Shown here one piece after another: positions 57,701 through 64,000 of a DNA stretch of 64,000 nt (position 1 is the stretch's first letter; each line of letters opens with the position of its first letter). A model generated the notes under the pieces. That model had not been told where the DNA came from and did not search any database. It saw only the letters and a list, made by a program, of their open reading frames with translations. A program made the position numbers and the translations under genes. The stretch is taken from NCBI RefSeq assembly GCF_036971445.1, contig NC_091482.1, positions 27,094,001 through 27,158,000 on the forward strand. The letters are read 5' to 3'. This DNA is from Narcine bancroftii (taxonomy: Eukaryota).

Positions 57701-60700
57701 GCATTTATTAGTGCATGAAGTAGGTAAAAGAGGGAAGGAAGATATTGACAATAAGGAAGCTAGGGAAGGGTGGATGGAAAAAAGTCTGACAAGAAAATTT
57801 TTTTTATTCCCATCAAAGTTTCTGATTTAAAATAAACTCTAGCAGAGTCTGCACTGGTGTTTATCCTTCATTCAAGTTGGCTGCTGTCTTTCTTCATTCA
57901 AGGTTATCAAAAATTATAAATTAATTGGAAGACATGCGACCACAGGTGCTGGAGTCTAGAGAATAGCACAAACTGTTGGGGGGACTCGGCATTTCAACAG
58001 TATTCATGGAAGGTGCCTGGCCCACTGAGTTCCTCAAGCAGTTTTTTGTTTTTGTTTTAGTACTTTGCTGTCTTCAGTAAAAATTTGGCTTGGAAATGAG
58101 GAAATGTTGAAATCCTCGATTTGCTTTCTTCTAGTCTCTGAGTGAAGAAATTTCTCCTGAATTCCCAATTGAGTTTATTCTGGACAAGCTTAGTTTTTAA
58201 GACCTGCTTCTGCTCTTTCCCACAGATGAAAACATTGATGCTACAAAACCCTATAACATAGTTTAACACTTTTATAGGATAACCTCAATCCTTTCTGAAG
58301 AAAATATTCCAGCCTTGTCGGTCTTTATTCATAATTTTTCAATTCTGCTATTAGTTAAGTATGCTTTTTTTGTGCTTCCTTGAGAGCATTTATAACAATG
58401 TTTATCTTGTGGAGACCAAAATGGTTTGTTTTTATTTCATTTATTTGATTGATGTTCCATAAATTTAACATAGCTTTTAAATTTGGCTTTTAGAGAAAAG
58501 AACTTCAGTTTTTTTTTGTTAAGGGATCATATTGATCCATTTTGGCAGACTCCCTTTTGTCCTCTACATTTTGTTCTCTAGTATGTCTTGCTCTGTTAGG
58601 TTATTGATGACCCTGCTGCCATCTATTACTGGAACAAGCAGTTTATTTTGCGTTGAGATTGGATGGGCTTTTCCCTAAATCTACCTTGATGGACCTGGCT
58701 TAAAGCATGCTTTTCTGGATGCAAAGAGAATGTGTGTTTGCCGAATCCATTGCCAGATAGTGTTGCAGTTTCAATTAAGTATCTCCATTCTACAGCACTC
58801 CAAAATGGTTACCACTTCAGCGAAGGAGCCTCCATCGTACCTGACCAAGAGAATGTCACATGTTCATTGCAGGAGGCAGGAGAGCAGAGTTATGTAAGTG
58901 GGGTGGGAGGGAAGAACAATAATATATAGAATCTTCTTGTTATTCTCGTTCATTTGAAATTCCATAAAATGTGGAGTGATTTGTCTTCGCTTGACAATAT
59001 ATTGCACAATATTTTTTATAAATTATTTTCGATGTTTAACTGTGTGTGTGTTACTGCTGAGAACAAGAATATAAGAAATAGGAGCCATCTGACAAATAAA
59101 ACCTGCTCTGTCATTTAAAATGGCTGTAGACTCAGCTCCATTTATCTGTAACCCTTAATTCCTTTACTGTTCAAAAATCTACCTATCTATGTCTTAAATA
59201 CATTTGATAAGGCAGCCTCTGTTGCTTCATGGGGCAAACAATTTCATCGATTCACTACTCTAGCCAAAACAGTTCTCTGTCTTAACTTTACTCCCCTGAT
59301 TGTTGACTCCAGGAAAGGTATACAATCCAGTGATCATTGGGGGATCAGGGATGGAGAGGGTGAGCAGCTTTTAGTTCTTGGGATTTTTCCTGGAGTCAAC
59401 ATATTAATAGGATTGTGAAGAAAGCACATCAGTGCCTCAACCCTTTGGGAATTAAGACTAGAATCGTATAAAAAAAGGAATAAAAGTTTAGGTAAAATAA
59501 TCATTTTAATAGAGTTAATACGACCAACTAATGAAATTGAGAAAGGTAACAATCTGGACAATGTCTGCTTAAATTGTTTTAATAAATTAAGAAATTTTGC
59601 CTTAAATAAATGTTTGTGGTGTTTAGTGACTATAATTCCTAGGTAAGTAAATTGATTCTTAACAACCTTGTAAGGGATATTGGCACAAATAGGCACCAAA
59701 GTATTCAAGGGGGAAAAGTTCACTCTTGTGTAAGTTTAGTTTATACCCTGAAAAGTGACTGAATTGTGATAGTAAAGGAATAGATAAGAGGAATAGATAC
59801 TTCCGGATTTGAGACAAATAACAGAAGGTTGTCCGCTCCAACTATTATTAGATAGTAAATTCAAACTGTAATACTTCCTAGGCTTAAAAAAAAATAATCC
59901 TTTTAGTTTTTTACTAATCATGGGTTTGTGCCTTCTGTAAAAGGGTTTAAATCAGTGGTTCTCAACCTTTTTCTTTCCACTCACATACCACTTTAAGTAA
60001 TCCCCATACCATCAGTGCTCTGTGATTAGTAAGGGATTGCTTAAGGAGGGATGTGAGTGGGAAAGGAAGGTTGAGAATCACTGCTCTAGACCCAATTGTT
60101 ACTGAAATATTTTGCTTGAGGAAAATTGTCACTGGCCCATTTCCTTTGGAGTTCTGAAACCGCGCACATAATTAGGTACGATTAAAACACTGGTTTTCAA
60201 ACTTTTTCTTTCCACCCACATACCACCTTAAGCAATCCCTTACTAATCACAGAGCACCTATGGCATGGGGATTACTTAAAGGTATGTGAATGAAAAGAAA
60301 AATGTTGAGAACCACTGCTCTACTTCCTCAGGAGTTTGTGGGTTTGGAATGACACTAGAAACACTGGGAAATTTCTAGATGTGTGGTGGAAAGTGAGCTG
60401 ACCGGCTGCATCACGATCTGGTGTGGGGAAACCAACACACCTGAGCGTAAAGCTGTCCAAAAAGTAGTGTACACAGCCCAAGACATCATGGCAAAACCCT
60501 CCCCACCATTGAGAACGCTGTCATTCAAGAGCAGCAGCAATCATTAAGGATCCACACCACCCAGCAAACTGTTCTCACTGTTGCCATCAGGGAAGAGGTA
60601 TCGGTGCCACAAGACTTGCACCACTCGGTTCAGGTACTGCTGCTACCCCTCCACCATCAGACCCCTCAATAACAAACTTACGCACTCTATCGACTTTTTT

Positions 60701-62307
60701 TATTCTCTGGTTTTTTTCTTTTGCACTGCCAATGTGGTAATTCTGTTGCACCCACAGGAAAAAAGAAAAAGTATCTCAGGGTTGTATGTACCCTGACAAT
60801 AAATCTGAAATCTGATCCTCAATGCTATGTTCTGAGTTCTAGTCTCATCTGTCAGTGAAAAACAACTTCCCTGGTTATATCTGATGTAATCCTTTCAGAA
60901 GTTTATATTTCTCTCAGATTTCCCCAATCATTCTAAACTAATGAATGTTGTCCCAGGTTACTCAATTTCTCCTCATTAGCTAACCCCCCCCCCCCCCCCC
61001 GCCTCATTTTCAGAATCAACCTGGCCTCAAAGACCAGCATATCTTTTCTCAAGCAGGCAACCAGAATTGCAAACTCTATTCCAGGTACAGCCTTGCCGGT
61101 TTTAGCAGAACCTCCCAGCTCTTAAATTTAGGTCCTCTAGCAAGGAAGGCCATTGATGTTTAATAAGAGTTCGGCATTAGAAAATAATTCTTCATGCAGA
61201 GGGAAATGAATTTTCAGAATTTTTTTGAGGGATGTGGAGACTCAGTTATTGAGTATCTTCGCAGGTATTGTTAGATTTTTAAATATTGTTAATCAAGATT
61301 TTGAAGTGCGAATGTGCATGATCAGCTGTGATCCCATTGAATAGCAGAGTGGTCATTTGGGCTGAATGGCCTGTTCCTGCTTCCATTTCTTCTGTTGTTA
61401 TCCTCTTTTACTAATGCTGCTGTTCTTTCCATTTACTTTCCCTTGACAGCCTTTTCCCTCTGGTACTCACTCACATGTGATGGCAGCACTCAATTTAGAC
61501 TGGGAGCGAGAAAGACATTGGGTTCGCCTGATCGTGCTTTTTGGAGCAGAGGAGTGACATTTGGAGGAAACACTTTATTTAGCATGAAATTGTTGGACTT
61601 GTGTCTGACGATGTGCAAACAACATGGCACAGCTCCAGTCTAGAAGATCACGGTTTCCTCAATTCCCTTCCCCAACCCATTCCATCAATATGCTGCATTT
61701 CCCATCGCATAATTTTTTTTTAAATCAAATTACTGGCCCATGTTGCATGATAGGCTAAAATGGAAAGGTTTCAATCTATTTCTCCTGCAGGTGGTTTAGA
61801 GTCCTGGAGGTAAAAGGCTAGTTTCCATATAGTTGCCTCACCTGGTTTCCTGGTGAGGACCAAATAGTATGCTATTTTTTTTTGGGGGGGGGTGGAATTC
61901 ATACCCAGGTAACATTGAATCTAATGTAACCCACATTGAGATTAGCCTGATCAAGCTTCATGTTAACTTTGCAGGGAAGGGAAGATTCCAAAATCACGGA
62001 TCATCAACTGGGAGCCTACGGAAGAGTTTGTGAGAAGCAACCATGTCCTGAGCACTCCAGTACAAACTATGTACATCATGGGAGATCTGGGGCCCTATGG
62101 AAAGTAGGTGTTTCATCTTGAGCTCCATTTTAAATTGTAGTTGGCAAAATCAATTGCAGTTGTAACCATATTTCAATGGTGACTTATGTTCTGCATATTC
62201 AGACAGGGACACCGTGAAGATGAGTATATATTGTGTACAATAAAGATGGACAGCAATGGAGTTCTCTCCATTAAACCAGACTTCAGTGATTCTAAAGCAG
62301 TCTACAG
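45715..62307 (+). CDS. MKS1: MKS transition zone complex subunit 1, exons 1-7 (partial, continues beyond window)
   Basis: join(45715-45794,53594-53721,54548-54612,55159-55314,58796-58893,61975-62103,62203-62307), phases consistent. Motifs [76 protein letters not shown] match recalled MKS1. Confidence 0.95.
45900..50490. repeat. G-rich VNTR, 27-29-bp unit containing TTAGGG
   Basis: Dominant unit GGTTAGGGGAGAGTGGGATTAATGCAAA(C/G) with recurring variants. A GGGTTAGGGCACAGTGGGATTGATGCAA sub-array lies at ~49620-49920; the tail is degenerate to ~50490. Confidence 0.95.
52733..53172 (-). mobile_element. 5'-truncated RTE-clade LINE
   Basis: ORF 52788-53162 [42 protein letters not shown] is nearly identical to the 5243-5763 copy. 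Confidence 0.92.
53594..53721 (+). CDS. MKS1: MKS1 exon 2
   Basis: aaag|[44 protein letters not shown]|gtaagt. Confidence 0.85.
53945..54152 (+). mobile_element. SINE copy
   Basis: tRNA-like head GGTGGCACAGTGTAGC plus core GGGTTTCCTCCCAC. Confidence 0.6.
54548..54612 (+). CDS. MKS1: MKS1 exon 3
   Basis: (D)[21 protein letters not shown]. Confidence 0.93.
55159..55314 (+). CDS. MKS1: MKS1 exon 4
   Basis: [52 protein letters not shown]. Confidence 0.95.
55423..56123. mobile_element. Non-autonomous TIR element (PIF/Harbinger-like) inserted in a Penelope-type remnant
   Basis: TIRs AGCCCTTTTTATAG / CCATAAAAAGGACT, flanks AAT/AGT (imperfect 3-bp TSD). The host sequence AACCAAT..GTTTTGGGCCTGAGCCC is interrupted here. 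Confidence 0.55.
57471..57583. mobile_element. hAT-type MITE
   Basis: CAGTGGTTCTCAA..CTGAGAACCACTG TIRs and a palindromic body. Confidence 0.8.
58796..58893 (+). CDS. MKS1: MKS1 exon 5
   Basis: [32 protein letters not shown](M); tacag|..AT|gtaagt. Confidence 0.9.
59455..59860 (-). mobile_element. L1-type RT fragment
   Basis: [15 protein letters not shown] and [30 protein letters not shown]. Confidence 0.8.
59953..60317. mobile_element. Composite hAT MITE (two inverted ~130-bp units)
   Basis: Units at 59953-60083 and 60188-60317, each with CAGTGGTT(C/T)TCAA-type TIRs. Confidence 0.8.
60350..60812 (+). mobile_element. Rex/Babar-like LINE 3' end
   Basis: [37 protein letters not shown], then AATAAA and a (TCTGAA) tail. 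Confidence 0.75.
61975..62103 (+). CDS. MKS1: MKS1 exon 6
   Basis: [42 protein letters not shown](K). Confidence 0.95.
62203..62307 (+). CDS. MKS1: MKS1 exon 7 (GC donor)
   Basis: [34 protein letters not shown](R); donor AG|gcaagt. Confidence 0.9.
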
Positions 62308-62614
62308 GCAAGTATGATGCTAAGACCAGTGTGTTATACCACTGGTCATCAATGTTGAATTTTCTTACCGTTTGTTTTTTACAACCATCACAGTGATTTA
62401 TTTTCAAAACATATCTATTAGCAAGCTCTCGGTCTTGGCCTTTTGTTCTGTAGGAAATACAATATTCTCTGTTTCAATCTTGTTGGTTCCTATTGATTTA
62501 TAATAGTTGTCATAGGGTCTCGACTTGAAACGCTGACTCTTCGATTCTCTCCACAGATGCTGCCTGACCTGATGAATTCCTCCAGTAACTCGTATTTTTG
62601 CTGCAAAGTTTTAT

Positions 62615-63310
62615 AGCATAAGTAATAGAAGCAGGAGTTGGTCATCTGACCTGTCGAACTTGTTCTGCCATTCATTAAGATCATAGCTTATGTGGCCATG
62701 GATCAGCTCCATGACATCCCTGCTTCACCCCATAACCTGTAATTCTCCAATTATTCAATAAAATCTACCTGCCTGTGTCTTAAATTCATTTAGTGAGGCT
62801 GTCTCACCTGTTTCATTAGGCAGAGAATTCCACTCTCTCTGGGAGATGCATTTCTTGAAATCTCTGTCTTAAATCTATTCCCCCGAATCTTGAGGCTGTG
62901 CCCCATAGTTCCAGTTTCAATGGCTAGTGAAAACAACCACCCTCCTTCTATAGTATATTCATTTAATAATTTTATGTTGTTTTAGAATTTTGCCCCCCCC
63001 CCCCCCGCGGGCCCCCAGATATAAAACTTCCAGTGAGTGTAGTCCTAAGGCTACTCAATCTCTCCTCATCTGGTCAACCCCACATTTCTAGAATCAATTT
63101 GGTGAACTTGATCTGCACTGGCTCTAAAGCTAATGTCTCCTTTCTCTAATAAGGAGATCAGAATTGCACTGCACACAGAACTCCAGGTGTGGCCTCACCA
63201 GTGCCCTTTACAGACGCAGCAGAACCTCCCTGCTCTTTAGCTCAGTCCCTCAAGCATTGAAGGGCCACATCCCATTTGCACCTGGCCTGCAAGCTAACCT
63301 TTTGTCAATG
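62615..63310 (-). mobile_element. Decayed CR1 LINE 3' fragment
   Basis: Reverse-complement CR1 motifs (ALVRPHLEFC on the minus strand). Related pieces at 59060-59310 and 60815-61150. Confidence 0.7.
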
Positions 63311-64000
63311 TACGTTGCATCACTTACATTGCAATGCTGAAACTGGAACCTAAAACACTGGATGGGTTCTAAAAGATGCTATGCAACTGAAGTGTAACTC
63401 TTCCCCTTTGATATTCATCACAATTGATATTTATAAACCTGGACATCTAACTCTCTTTTTCCCCCCTCCTTAACTCATAATTTTTTTCAAAATTTAAAAA
63501 TGATCTTGAGTAAAAATATGAACTTCCAACTTTACACTGGAAAAATGCAGATCGTTCAGGAACTATAGGAGACAGACTAAAATTTGGTGAAATGTCCTTT
63601 AAAAGTATCTCAATTAGCTTGAGGAGTGAATATCTTTGCACAGGACTGTCTGGAATGAAAGGCAGACGACAAGTAGTAGTCATGGAATTGAGCGACATCA
63701 ATGACTTCTACAGACTATGGAACCATTCAAATATTGAAATAGTTGCTAAATACTTTATGCTGAACAGAGACCAGCCTATTCAGTTATACTCCCTGCTGAA
63801 CAGGTGTCATTTCTGACGATCCAATTTCTGTGGTAATTGCCACATAAAACCCTGCAAGAGATGGTTTCTATACAGTGGATATCTCTTCCTGTTCTAAAAT
63901 CAAGCAGCCAGATTGCAACAACATAACTTACATTGATTTATATCGCATTTTCAATGAAAATGTATTTTTGAATTTTTAGAGGAAAGCGATAGTATAAGAG

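Overview
Vertebrate genomic DNA, most likely from a cartilaginous fish. That taxon call is inferred only from the repeat landscape (CR1, Rex/Babar, RTE, L1/Tx1, Penelope, V-SINE-like SINEs). Three protein-coding genes can be built with consistent reading frames and, for the two spliced genes, consistent splice sites. (1) Single-exon DNAJC30 on the minus strand (16233-17507), with an unusually long N-terminus. (2) Head-to-head with it, a complete six-exon BCL7B (18575-39910, 210 aa), plus a candidate extra 30-nt in-frame microexon. (3) The first seven coding exons of MKS1 (45715-62307, continuing past the window), with an RFX X-box promoter and a GC splice donor after exon 7. The rest is mostly decayed transposons and three tandem arrays: a perfect 14-bp x182 array in BCL7B intron 5, a 24-bp GC-rich minisatellite, and a ~4.5-kb G-rich TTAGGG-containing VNTR in MKS1 intron 1. 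I found no new multi-gene system. The best leads are the BCL7B microexon, the identical 17-bp X-box in two CpG islands, the G-rich arrays, a young AviRTE-like LINE and several DNA-repair-like scars. Gene and TE identities come from recalled sequences, not database searches.
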